A stretch of DNA of 64,000 nt, taken from contig PARB01000045.1 of the NCBI GenBank assembly GCA_002709505.1, positions 21,502 to 85,501 of the forward strand, read 5' to 3'. The notes under the pieces are model-generated. The model searched no databases, was not told where the DNA came from, and saw only the letters and a list, made by a program, of their open reading frames with translations. The DNA is from Paracoccaceae bacterium (lineage in GTDB: Bacteria; Pseudomonadota; Alphaproteobacteria; Rhizobiales; Stappiaceae). Below, piece after piece: positions 1 through 9,288 of the stretch (position 1 is the stretch's first letter; every line of letters begins with the position of its first letter). The position numbers and the translations under genes were made by a program.

Positions 1-1222
1 CGAAGGGCGGCAGGCCGGCCATCGACAGGCTGGCCAGAATGGCGGCGATGCCCGTCAGCGGCAGCACCGTGAAGAGCGCGCCGAGATCGCGGATGCGCGT
101 CGCGCCGGTCGCGTGGATGACGATGCCGGCGCAGAAGAACAGCGCCGCCTTGTAGAGCGCATGGGCGAGAATGAAGCCGGCGATGCCGACCGAACTGGTC
201 GGTCCGTCGAGACCGATCAGCGTCACCAGAAGGCCGAGCGAGGCGACGGTGGAATGAGCGAGAATGGCCTTCACGCCTTCGGAGCGCAGCGCCAGCACCG
301 CCGAAACCAGCATGGTGAGAAGCCCGGTGCCGACGATGACGAGTGTGACCGCGTGGGAGCTGCTCAGAACCGGATCGAAGCGCGCCAGCAGGAAGACGCC
401 GAGCTTCACCATGGTTGCCGAATGCAGATAGGCGGACGCCGGCGTCGGCGCCTGCATGGCGTTCGGAAGCCAGAAGTGGAAGGGAAACTGCGCCGACTTG
501 GTAAAGGCGCCGATCAGCACCAGCGTCGCGATGACGCCGAACCACGGGCTTGCCGACACGAGAGCGGGATCCTGCGTGATCGCCATCAGCGAGAAGGTGC
601 CCGCCTCCATGCCGATCAGCAGCAGTCCGCCGAAAAGCGCAAGCCCGCCACCGGCGGTGATGACCAGCGACTGGAGCGCGGCCTTGCGCGCCTCCGCCGA
701 CGTCGAGTTGAAGCCGATCAGGAAGAAGGAGATCAGGCTCGTCATCTCCCAGAAGACGAACATGACAATCAGATTGTCGGCGAGCACGGTGCCCAGCATC
801 GCCGACATGAAGAGCAGGATATACGACAGGAACCGACCGCGGTCGGAGGTCGGCTTGTCGGCGTAATAGGAGCCCGCGTAAAGCGCCACCAGCGTGCCGA
901 TGCCAGTGATCATCAGGACGAAAAGCAACGAGAACCCGTCGAGCCTGAGCACGAGGTCGATGCCGAGCGAAGGCACCCAGCTCACCGTCTGCACGATTGC
1001 GGGCACTCCTTCGCCTGCCGACAGGATCGGAACGTAACCCACGAAGGCCGCGAAGAGACCCGCCGGCAGGACGGCAGCCAGCGGCCCCGCCCATCTCCCG
1101 GCCCTCGCGAGCACGAGGAACCCCAGCGCCGACCCCAGAAAGGCGACGAGAAGGAGCGCGGGAAGCGCATCACCGGGCAGCAAAGCCGCGAGTGCGGGAA
1201 TGTCGAAGGTTTCTGAGTTCAT
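1..1222 (-). CDS. mrpA: Mrp/Mnh Na+/H+ antiporter subunit A (5' part; runs off the left edge)
   Basis: Hand translation of the minus strand from ATG at 1222 (absent from the ORF track because it has no stop in the window): WVPSLGIDLVLRLDGFSLLF...KSAQFPFHFWLPNAMQAPTPASAYLHSATMVKLG, typical MrpA/NuoL motifs. Confidence 0.88.
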   Translation of the reverse strand, partial: MNSETFDIPALAALLPGDALPALLLVAFLGSALGFLVLARAGRWAGPLAAVLPAGLFAAFVGYVPILSAGEGVPAIVQTVSWVPSLGIDLVLRLDGFSLLFVLMITGIGTLVALYAGSYYADKPTSDRGRFLSYILLFMSAMLGTVLADNLIVMFVFWEMTSLISFFLIGFNSTSAEARKAALQSLVITAGGGLALFGGLLLIGMEAGTFSLMAITQDPALVSASPWFGVIATLVLIGAFTKSAQFPFHFWLPNAMQAPTPASAYLHSATMVKLGVFLLARFDPVLSSSHAVTLVIVGTGLLTMLVSAVLALRSEGVKAILAHSTVASLGLLVTLIGLDGPTSSVGIAGFILAHALYKAALFFCAGIVIHATGATRIRDLGALFTVLPLTGIAAILASLSMAGLPPF

Positions 1223-1525
1223 GTCGGCACCTCAAGAAAGACGATGCCGTCATGTGAGCAAAAGCGATGCCAGAATAGTTACATGATATTTTTCAATGAT
1301 TTGCCCATCCAGCCAGCCGCCGGACGTTCAGCTGTTCGAACATCCGGCGGCTCGCGCGTTCGAAAATCCGAACGCCTGGCGACCGATCCAGACACCGAAC
1401 CGCCCCAGCCATATGGACGCCTTCAAGTCGCGTGTGGACCCCAGCCAGCACCCGCCTTCGGTTGCTCCGCACAGCAAACGCTCGCAACCCGGCAGGTCTC
1501 ACAATATTTCGCATGTATTGGAAAG

Positions 1526-1572
1526 TGGTAGCGGAGAGAGGGATTCGAACTGCCGACACGCGGACTATGATT
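1526..1572 (-). repeat. Degenerate copy of the tRNA 3' half (outer att of the older island)
   Basis: tggtagcggagagagggattcgaactgccgacacgcggactatgatt versus tRNA 30509-30554: 4 substitutions and 1 insertion, ending at the anticodon loop. Confidence 0.9.
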
Positions 1573-2137
1573 TTGCATTAATTTCAATAACTTACCTACA
1601 AATCGACCCAAACCGTTTCATGGACTATTTGAACGCGCGCAGAAAAGGGTCGCCAAACTTTCTCAAGGTTTTTTAAGCGTTACATCCCAGCCCACCAACA
1701 GATGCACGCCCATTGCAACCCAGAGACAACAGGTACGAGACGAAGGGTGAAACGCTGCCCAAAGCCGCCGATCCCAAAAATCAGTTTCGAAAGCCTCCCG
1801 AGCAATAATCTTCGTTCTCCGAAGTTGCGAAATACGCCGCCGTTCCTATCGTGTCGCCGTGTCGCCTGAAGGCCCCATCGCCTTCGATCTGGAAATGTTC
1901 TTTCATCCCCTCCGGGCTCAGAAACTCCAAGTGTTCTTCACTGTCTGCTTCCATTTCGACCAGAATTTGAGCTTTCCGCTGATCCACACGCCTGCCGGAA
2001 ATCCGCGACAGGCTGAAAAGGGTCGCAGGCAACCTCTCGGGATCAACGTACTTGCCGACGGAGGTCAGTCCTCGACTGCTTTGGCAGCGCGCACACAAGG
2101 ACACCTCATGAGGTCGAGATTGCCCACGTGATCGCCC

Positions 2138-2153
2138 TCCCCCATTTGAGGGA
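2138..2153 (+). promoter_or_regulatory. Palindromic operator, copy 1 (TCCCCCATTTGAGGGA)
   Basis: 67 bp upstream of ATG 2221; near-identical to sites at 10965, 13143 and 14331. Confidence 0.7.
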
Positions 2154-2220
2154 CGGCAGCCGGTTTACGACGGTGTAACTCTGAAACACCGAAGCATGAC
2201 ACGGATGGAGAACACGCCAC

Positions 2221-3555
2221 ATGATCCGGCAGTTTGCAGGAAGGGCTACCGGTCTGGTGCGCTCGTGGGCGGCGGCGGCGGCGCTTGTCGCGATGTCGAC
2301 GGTGGGGGCCACAGGCCAGATTCAGTTGCCGGAAGGCACGGTCGCCAGAAGCGTGATCCTTTCACTCTACACAATCAATTCCATGATGGAGCAGCAAGGC
2401 GCCGGACTTGAGGGTGGCACACATGTGATGACCTCCTTTCGCGCATTCCTCGCTCCCGAACTCATCAAGGAGATCGCAGCCAGCGACGGTGGCTTTCGTC
2501 CATTGGTCGGCGCGTATGAAGGCACCGTGGACGACTATGAACTGCGGATGTCAGCGGATCAGCCGGACGACAGCAGCATCGTTTTCGAGGCCGCAGTGGA
2601 ATCCAAAGGCACCGTCCGATTGGTTTCCTTCGCCCTCACGCAATCGGGTAGCCGCCCGTTGATAACGCGGATATGGGGAGATGGCTGGTCTTTCGGCAAA
2701 GGAAGCGCCGAGGCCGCGCTGCGGGCGCCTGCCGCATCCGCGCAGCCACCGGGCAAGCAAGAACAAGCGGCCGTTGCGGCAGCGGATGAAAGCGATGTCG
2801 CGGCCGGCAATGTCCCCGCCGGCACGGCAACACCTTCCCTGCCATTTCAGGACTCATTCGATGGCGCGGCTTTGGGCCCCCAATGGACTGTGATCGGCGA
2901 AGCCCCCGACAAATTCGTGGTCGAGGACGGGGTCATCTATCAGATTGCGACAGGCGGCGACGACGACTTCCGCAACGAGGGCAGCGAAAACATCTTCCAG
3001 CTGGGGGGAGCTCCGGAAGGCGATTTCGATATGACCTTGACCGGGAAACTCGAAGCCAAGACGGGCAGAGAAGGCGTGTGGCTGGGGCTCTATGAGGCTT
3101 CAACCAGCTTCCTTGCAGCCAATCTCTACGTCTACACCAATGGCTGCGGTCCCTATCTCGGCCTCTGGATCGTCAACCGGCAGCCCGTCGCCAATCTGGA
3201 CAAGCCGCTGACCAGCGAGTTCGACGACAATCTCTTCGACAAGGGCCCCGTTTTGTCCAGCACCTGCAATGCCGGCAACCGGGAAATTGCCGATACCATC
3301 TTGCAACGCCTCAACGAAACCGGCTTCTCGCTGACCCTGTCACGCCGCGGATTTCGCTATTTCGCGACAGCCGAACTCGATCTTCCAGCCTTCGGCGACA
3401 ATCCTGGCGGTCCGGTCACTGCAGTGACCAACAAGGTGGCCCGGACAACGGCAGCCGGCAATCCCGCCTTCATGCTGGGGCAATTCCGGCGCGCTGGAAA
3501 AGGTGAGTCAGTCGCGCAGTTCGACAGCTTTTCAATATCGGCACCGGTGAACTGA
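2221..3555 (+). CDS. Secreted protein: DUF3828-like N-domain plus concanavalin-like beta-sandwich C-domain
   Basis: Signal-like N-terminus. C-domain FQDSFDG..LGPQW...PEGDFD...GCGPYL...GESVAQFDSF aligns with the C-domain of 3573-5600. Confidence 0.7.
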   Translation: MIRQFAGRATGLVRSWAAAAALVAMSTVGATGQIQLPEGTVARSVILSLYTINSMMEQQGAGLEGGTHVMTSFRAFLAPELIKEIAASDGGFRPLVGAYEGTVDDYELRMSADQPDDSSIVFEAAVESKGTVRLVSFALTQSGSRPLITRIWGDGWSFGKGSAEAALRAPAASAQPPGKQEQAAVAAADESDVAAGNVPAGTATPSLPFQDSFDGAALGPQWTVIGEAPDKFVVEDGVIYQIATGGDDDFRNEGSENIFQLGGAPEGDFDMTLTGKLEAKTGREGVWLGLYEASTSFLAANLYVYTNGCGPYLGLWIVNRQPVANLDKPLTSEFDDNLFDKGPVLSSTCNAGNREIADTILQRLNETGFSLTLSRRGFRYFATAELDLPAFGDNPGGPVTAVTNKVARTTAAGNPAFMLGQFRRAGKGESVAQFDSFSISAPVN

Positions 3556-3572
3556 CGGCAGCCAACCGCACA

Positions 3573-5600
3573 ATGGGAACTCGGCCTATGTTTCGAACTC
3601 TGAGGATTGCATCTTGCGGCCTGTCCATGTCTCTGCTCGCGGCGTTCGGGGCGAGCGCTCAGGCACAGGACATCAATTCGGCTATCGCGCTTGTCGAGCA
3701 GTTTATCGATGCGCACAGGACCAGTCTCGACACCAGGAACGGCCCGTTGCTCAACAATGCGCAGGCGGCCGCGCCCTATGTGGTCGACGGATTGGCGGTA
3801 GACGGGTTGCAGGGACAACTCGGGTTCGACCCGGTCTACAACGCGCAGGATTATGAAATCTCGAACATCCGGGTCTTCGCCGACACCGAGACACCCTTCC
3901 TGCGCGGGGCGGCGCAGATACGCGTGACGCTTGAGAATTTCGGGCAGCGCCAGGAATTCGTCTACACGCTCGTGCCGGTATCACCCGACAATGTCTGGCA
4001 GATTTCCGATATCTACTCGGTCTCGAGCAACTGGTCGCTTGCCGACATGGCATACGATCTCGGGATCGACCTGAGTGGCGGAACGGGACCTGAAACAACC
4101 CTGGAAAATGCAGGTCCACCGATCCCCTGCGCAGTCGCATGCGGGACTCCCGTTCAGTCCCAGGCTCAGGATAGTCGCGCCCCGATCGCTTCGTCGGGCA
4201 CCGAAGCCAATACCGTATCCGAGCCGGTCATCGTTCCCGGGATGGAACAGGGCGACCTGCCCGGCAATGGCATCAATCCCGAGGGACGCAACCTCTTGAT
4301 CATTTTCGACGCCTCGGGATCGATGTGGGGGCAGATCGACGGCGTAGCCAAGATCACCACGGCCCGGCAGGCGCTTTCGGGAATCGTCGGGGATCTCGAT
4401 CCGGCGATGAATGTGGGGCTCCTGGCCTATGGGCATCGGCGGAAGGTAGATTGTACCGATACCGAACTCCTGTACCCGGTCGCCAACTATGATGCGGGAC
4501 GACTGCTACCGGCAATAGAGGGAATTTCTCCGCTCGGGAAAACGCCAATTGCCGGCGCACTGGAACAGGCGGCGGCCGCGATGCCCAAATCCGGGCAATC
4601 CTCGAGCGTGCTCTTGATATCGGACGGGCTGGAAACCTGCGGCGGCGATCCGTGTGCCGCAGCAGCCCGGCTGGCCGAGAGCAGGATCAAGACTCGCGTT
4701 CACGTCGTCGGCTTCGATCTGAGCGAGGAAGAGCATGCTGCGCTCCAGTGTATCGCAGACAACGGAAATGGCACCTATTATCCGGCAAACAACGCCCAGA
4801 GCTTTGTTGCCGCCGTCAACGACGTGGTCCGACAGGTCGAAGAAACAGCGCCAACCGCGCCGGAAGCTACCTCAGAACCTGCGTCAGAACCTGCAACGGC
4901 AATCGTTTTCGAGGAGACCTTTGACGGCCCGACGCTTGATGCCGCATGGCGGATAGACAATCCCGTCGAGGAACTCACCGCGTTTACACCCGAGGGCGCG
5001 ATGTTCGTGGCCGCGATTGGCAAGGCGCCCTACTTCAAAAATTCGGATGCAACAAATCGTTTCGTCCTGGAGCGCCCGCTCCCCGAGGGGGACTTCGATC
5101 TGGTTGTCGACGTCAGGATGAATGTGCAGACCAGGCATGAGGGGGTCATGTTGTCGCTGTTCAACGCCGCCCACCAGCAAATCGGCGCCCACATGTGGCT
5201 CGAGCCTCTAGGCTGCGGCAACTATCTCAACCTGTCGCTGGTCAGATTGTCCGGCAGCGAGGATGACCCGCAGACGACCTCATTTGACACCAGTCTGTTC
5301 AGCGGGCCATGGGCGGACGAGGTCTGCTACGATGGGCGCGCGCGGGCCGATGCGATTCTGGAGGCCCTGGCCCGGGACGGCGCCAAACTGCGTCTGAAGC
5401 GGCGTGACCGGGAAATCACGGCATCCCTGGAGCTGCAGATGCCGGGAAACGGAGAAACGCTCTCCTACACGACCGAACCGATCACGATGCTCCGCCTGTC
5501 GGGCGCCCCTAGCCTGCTTGCAGGGCACTGGCACAAGGCGCAGCCCGGCGAGAGCCATTTCGAGTTCGACCGCTTCGCCATAGAGGTTCCCCGGCAATGA
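3573..5600 (+). CDS. Secreted DUF3828-like + VWA + beta-sandwich protein
   Basis: Signal peptide (ASAQA); FDPVYNAQD motif; VWA MIDAS DASGSM, GKTPIA, LISDGLETCGGDPC, VHVVGF. Confidence 0.85.
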   Translation: MGTRPMFRTLRIASCGLSMSLLAAFGASAQAQDINSAIALVEQFIDAHRTSLDTRNGPLLNNAQAAAPYVVDGLAVDGLQGQLGFDPVYNAQDYEISNIRVFADTETPFLRGAAQIRVTLENFGQRQEFVYTLVPVSPDNVWQISDIYSVSSNWSLADMAYDLGIDLSGGTGPETTLENAGPPIPCAVACGTPVQSQAQDSRAPIASSGTEANTVSEPVIVPGMEQGDLPGNGINPEGRNLLIIFDASGSMWGQIDGVAKITTARQALSGIVGDLDPAMNVGLLAYGHRRKVDCTDTELLYPVANYDAGRLLPAIEGISPLGKTPIAGALEQAAAAMPKSGQSSSVLLISDGLETCGGDPCAAAARLAESRIKTRVHVVGFDLSEEEHAALQCIADNGNGTYYPANNAQSFVAAVNDVVRQVEETAPTAPEATSEPASEPATAIVFEETFDGPTLDAAWRIDNPVEELTAFTPEGAMFVAAIGKAPYFKNSDATNRFVLERPLPEGDFDLVVDVRMNVQTRHEGVMLSLFNAAHQQIGAHMWLEPLGCGNYLNLSLVRLSGSEDDPQTTSFDTSLFSGPWADEVCYDGRARADAILEALARDGAKLRLKRRDREITASLELQMPGNGETLSYTTEPITMLRLSGAPSLLAGHWHKAQPGESHFEFDRFAIEVPRQ

Positions 5601-6904
5601 TGCAGCGTCGCGCACTCGCTCCCGTTCTGCTGGCAACGGCCCTTGCCGCCATTCCGGCACTCCCGGTCTCGGCGCAGAGCGACATGGGCACTGCGGAGGG
5701 CGGCGAAAGCCTGTTCGATTGGCTGGAGACGCGGCAGGACAAAAAGAGCGATGGCTCCGGAATGAGCTTCGACGAGACGTCGGTTGCCGAGCATGACGCA
5801 CTGGCCTGCGCGGCCGGCATGGGCTGCGAGGGACTGGGCGTGAACCAGGACGACGCGCTGGTCCTGACCGGACACGATACCGCCGACACCGCGCGCGAGG
5901 CCTACCGCGAACAATATGGGGAGCCGCTTTCGGATCAAGGCTCGCCGAGCGATGGCGACGCCGCCAGCAACAATGAAATGAGCTTCGACGACACGTCCGT
6001 TGCCGAGCATGACGCGCTGGCCTGTGCGGCCGGCATGGGCTGCGAGGGACTGGGCGTGAACCAGGACGATGCGCTTGTCCTGACCGGACACGACACCGCC
6101 GACACCGCGCGCGAGGCCTACCGTGAACAGTACGGGGAGCCGCTTTCGGATCGGGACCCGCCGATCGATGGCGACGGCGCCGATCAGACCGGGGCCGGAA
6201 ACGAGGCAGAGCAGGACGGAAGCCTGTTCGACCGCGTGGAAACCGGACAGAAAGACGGCTCCAGCGGCAATGAAATGAGCTTCGACGATACGTCCGTTGC
6301 CGAGCATGACGCGCTGGCCTGCGCGGCGGGCATGGGCTGCGAGGGACTGGGCGTGAACCAGGACGACGCGCTGGTCCTGACCGGACACGACACCGCCGAC
6401 ACCGCGCGCGAGGCGTTCCGCGAAAAATATGGGGACCAGGAGTCAAGTACCGCCGAGGAGGCTACAGAACCGGACCTCTCCGTCGACACGAAAGACGGCG
6501 ACATGTCGTTCACTGAGGATGACGTCACCGACGACGGTGCCGACATGTCTTTCTCCGAGGACGAGGTGGTGCAGGACGGCTCGAATATGTCCTTCACCGA
6601 AGAGGAAGCGCTGGACAACCAAGACGGCGCGTTGCCCGAAAACAGGTTCACCGATGCAGACATCACCTCTTTCAGTCAGGAAGAACGCGCACTATGGGCA
6701 TGTGCTGCCGCTTTCGGCTGCAAGGGTGCTGCCGCAGGACTGACGCCTCACCAGGCTCTGCATCGGCTGGAATTGCCCGACTTTTCCTACGAATGGCCAC
6801 TTGCAGCCTGCGCGACCAACGCCCCGGGCGCCTGCGAGGAAATCGGCATCAGCTTGATGGATGCAATGCGGATCATGTCGCATCTGGCCAATCCCAACCG
6901 GTGA
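5597..6904 (+). CDS. Secreted acidic protein with three ~55-aa Cys-containing repeats
   Basis: Signal peptide ending PVSA; ATGA overlap with the upstream gene; three copies of MSFD.TSVAEHDALACAAGMGCEGLGVNQDDALVLTGHDTADTAREA.RE.YG. Confidence 0.8.
   Translation: MMQRRALAPVLLATALAAIPALPVSAQSDMGTAEGGESLFDWLETRQDKKSDGSGMSFDETSVAEHDALACAAGMGCEGLGVNQDDALVLTGHDTADTAREAYREQYGEPLSDQGSPSDGDAASNNEMSFDDTSVAEHDALACAAGMGCEGLGVNQDDALVLTGHDTADTAREAYREQYGEPLSDRDPPIDGDGADQTGAGNEAEQDGSLFDRVETGQKDGSSGNEMSFDDTSVAEHDALACAAGMGCEGLGVNQDDALVLTGHDTADTAREAFREKYGDQESSTAEEATEPDLSVDTKDGDMSFTEDDVTDDGADMSFSEDEVVQDGSNMSFTEEEALDNQDGALPENRFTDADITSFSQEERALWACAAAFGCKGAAAGLTPHQALHRLELPDFSYEWPLAACATNAPGACEEIGISLMDAMRIMSHLANPNR
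5762..6434 (+). repeat. Three intragenic direct repeats of ~160-175 bp
   Basis: Units start at atgagcttcgac at 5762, 5978 and 6275; in frame, differing mostly at synonymous positions. Confidence 0.95.
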
Positions 6905-7154
6905 CCGCGTTCGTCAGGCAGCCCTTCGGATCGGATGTGGCGCGGATTGCCGGTCTTGCCGCAGCAGCGGACTGCGACTGCGACGTCGCCGCGCCGGCGC
7001 AGCGACCTGGCAGCTGGAGTATTCAGGGCCTGTGAGCGCGAGGTGATTTCAGATTGCACCTGGTCATTCTGTCCGTCTCCGGCATCGCGGTGGGGGCGGT
7101 CAACGGCCGTGGCGGCATAGCGCGCGGGAGCGTCAAGGCGCCTCGTCCAAGTGC

Positions 7155-8972
7155 TCACCCCAGCCAGCCAAGCGGCCCCGACAGGAGCCGTGAGGTCAGC
7201 TCCGATTGGCTATGGACATTCATTTTGGAGAACGCCTTCTTCAGATGGCCGCGCACGGTGCTGACCAGAATGCCCAGCGTTTCCGCTGCTTCCTCCGGAG
7301 ACTTGCCGCCGGCGATGAGAAGCGCGACTTCGGCCTCCTTGCCCGTCAGGCCGTATGCAAGCTCGATGAGCGCCATGCGCGAGTCCGCCTCGAGATCCCG
7401 GCCGAGACTGGTACGCAGCACCAGAACGGAGGCAGGCCCCTGCCGCTGCAGGCCCGTGTGCTTCAACGCCTCGGGATAGAACCGGAAGCCAACAGGTGTG
7501 CCGTCGTGAAGAATGATCGTGTCGCCTCGGCCTGCCTGGTTGGCGGGATCGGCAAGCTCTCCGGTCAACAACTCGCGCGTGAGAGAGCTGGCAATCCCCT
7601 GTTCGGAACTTGGCAGGACACTTTCCGGGAAAAGCCGGGTGAGCGCCTCGAAGTAGGTTTGGTTGGAATGAAGCAACGCGCCGTCGCTATCGAGAATGGC
7701 GACGCCGATCTGAAGCCTTTCGACAACCGACTGTAGCAGGACGCCCAGCGTGGCGTTCATCATCACCTGCCGGTTCAGGTTGAACGAACGCTCCCAGTGC
7801 GGCATCAGCGACAGGATGCGCTTGTGCAGCGCCGCCTCCGCCAGATCGCCCGCGCGTTCGGCTTCATAGATCATCCGGTAGATGATCTCGTTCCAGCGGC
7901 TTTCGTCATCGATGGCGTTGTAACACAGTTCAACAAGCTCTCCCGGGCTCAACTCCGTGGACGCCCCGAGGGTGCTGGTCTTGGCCAACAGTTCCGATGT
8001 GAGTTCCGCGACCCCGATCTCGTCCCCCTCGTCGACCGGATGCCACTCCTCGCCGACCCAGCGGACAATGCGCTCGGCTATGCCGAAGCGCTTCTCCTCG
8101 AGAAACAGCGCCGACCGCGCGCCTTCGATCCGGGCCGACGCGATGTCATCGAAACCGACGCGTTCGAGAAAACGTTCCACAGGCGGCAGAAACCCGCCGT
8201 CGCGCAGCATGGCATCCTCGCCGCCGAACAGGATCAGGCAGCGCGTCCCCGGCAGAACGGAGGCCCCCTTTGGCCACTTCCAGGCTGAAAGCATGCCCGA
8301 AAAGATGTTGTACCAGTATGCGGGAGTGGGGGTCGGCCACCCCAGAGGATCGGCAACCACGGACTCGATCAGGGCGCGATCCGTGCTCATCACGTCTGCG
8401 GGATGATGGCGCTCCTTGAGGTGCGAGCCCAGGAACGCATAAAGGTGATGCAAGGACTGCTCGTCGGGAGCGTCCGGAGAGCCAAGTATGCAGCGTGTTC
8501 GCGAGAAGGTCTTGCCGAACATGGCAAGGGCACGCTGGTTCGGCGGTGGCGATATCAGGACAATATGGCGTGCGAGATCCGGCCAGGTCTTGAGCACTTC
8601 GAGCGTTAGCAGCGCCGTGATGTTGGGAACGACGACCAGCCGGTGCTCCCACGGGATGCCGGCGAAGCTCCTTTCGAATAGGAGGCGCATGTCCGCGACA
8701 GCGCGTTGCCAGCCATCTTCGTAGTCGAGATGTCCGAGAGGGGTTTGGCTGCCGGTAGACTTGCCGTGTCCGCGGATATCGCCCGAATAGGCATTCCATC
8801 CCAATTGGCGAAAGCCCGCCCCCAGATCGTGAAGCATCCCGGAATGGGTGGGCTGGCTATGCCCCAGAAACACCGCCCTATGGCCCTGAGCCGGCCTGTT
8901 GCCCGGGTCTACCGCCCACTTGCGCAAGAACAGCGGCTGGTTGCTCTCGCCCACCAGGAATTCCGCATCCAT
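7155..8972 (-). CDS. Alpha/beta-hydrolase-like (lysophospholipase-family) domain fused to PAS-like and LuxR HTH domains
   Basis: N-terminal DIRGHGKS and GGED motifs; C-terminal YGLTGKEAEVALLIAGGKSPEEAAETLGILVSTVRGHLKKAFSKMNVHSQSEL LuxR HTH; central VERLQIGVAILDSDGALLHSN PAS-like segment. Confidence 0.88.
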   Translation of the reverse strand: MDAEFLVGESNQPLFLRKWAVDPGNRPAQGHRAVFLGHSQPTHSGMLHDLGAGFRQLGWNAYSGDIRGHGKSTGSQTPLGHLDYEDGWQRAVADMRLLFERSFAGIPWEHRLVVVPNITALLTLEVLKTWPDLARHIVLISPPPNQRALAMFGKTFSRTRCILGSPDAPDEQSLHHLYAFLGSHLKERHHPADVMSTDRALIESVVADPLGWPTPTPAYWYNIFSGMLSAWKWPKGASVLPGTRCLILFGGEDAMLRDGGFLPPVERFLERVGFDDIASARIEGARSALFLEEKRFGIAERIVRWVGEEWHPVDEGDEIGVAELTSELLAKTSTLGASTELSPGELVELCYNAIDDESRWNEIIYRMIYEAERAGDLAEAALHKRILSLMPHWERSFNLNRQVMMNATLGVLLQSVVERLQIGVAILDSDGALLHSNQTYFEALTRLFPESVLPSSEQGIASSLTRELLTGELADPANQAGRGDTIILHDGTPVGFRFYPEALKHTGLQRQGPASVLVLRTSLGRDLEADSRMALIELAYGLTGKEAEVALLIAGGKSPEEAAETLGILVSTVRGHLKKAFSKMNVHSQSELTSRLLSGPLGWLG

Positions 8973-9288
8973 AAGTCATCTCCCAAGCCAATCAGGCCTT
9001 CACAAAAACGCGTAGGACAACCTGGAAATTGCCTACCGGTGATTGTGTGAACCTGCCCTGAATGGACCTGACAGCTTTTATGGTGCACGGGCGCGACTAG
9101 GAAAAGCCCTGGCGGAGATGAAGCGGACTGCGGCAAGGCAATTGAACCGCTCTTTCGGTGTGTCGTGGAGGAAAATCCAGTTTTCGAAGCAGGTCAATGT
9201 CCCGGTTTCGGTTCGGAACCTTCGCAAGCAGCAGGATCTTCCAGCACATCGGGCAGCGCGGCGGTGAATGCTGCGCGATCCCGCTGGA

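Noticed and set aside
113-1216. 367-aa plus-strand ORF
   Set aside because: Antisense shadow of mrpA on the minus strand.
1526-1572. Second functional tRNA
   Set aside because: Only the 3' half is present, with an insertion and T-stem mismatches.
5762-6434. Repeats as a CRISPR array or RiPP precursor
   Set aside because: Units are ~160-175 bp, in frame and coding; no cas genes or modifying enzymes nearby; the protein has a Sec-type signal peptide.
6787-7158. 123-aa ORF overlapping the LuxR fusion stop
   Set aside because: No motifs, unusual composition, and it overlaps the convergent repeat gene by more than 100 bp.
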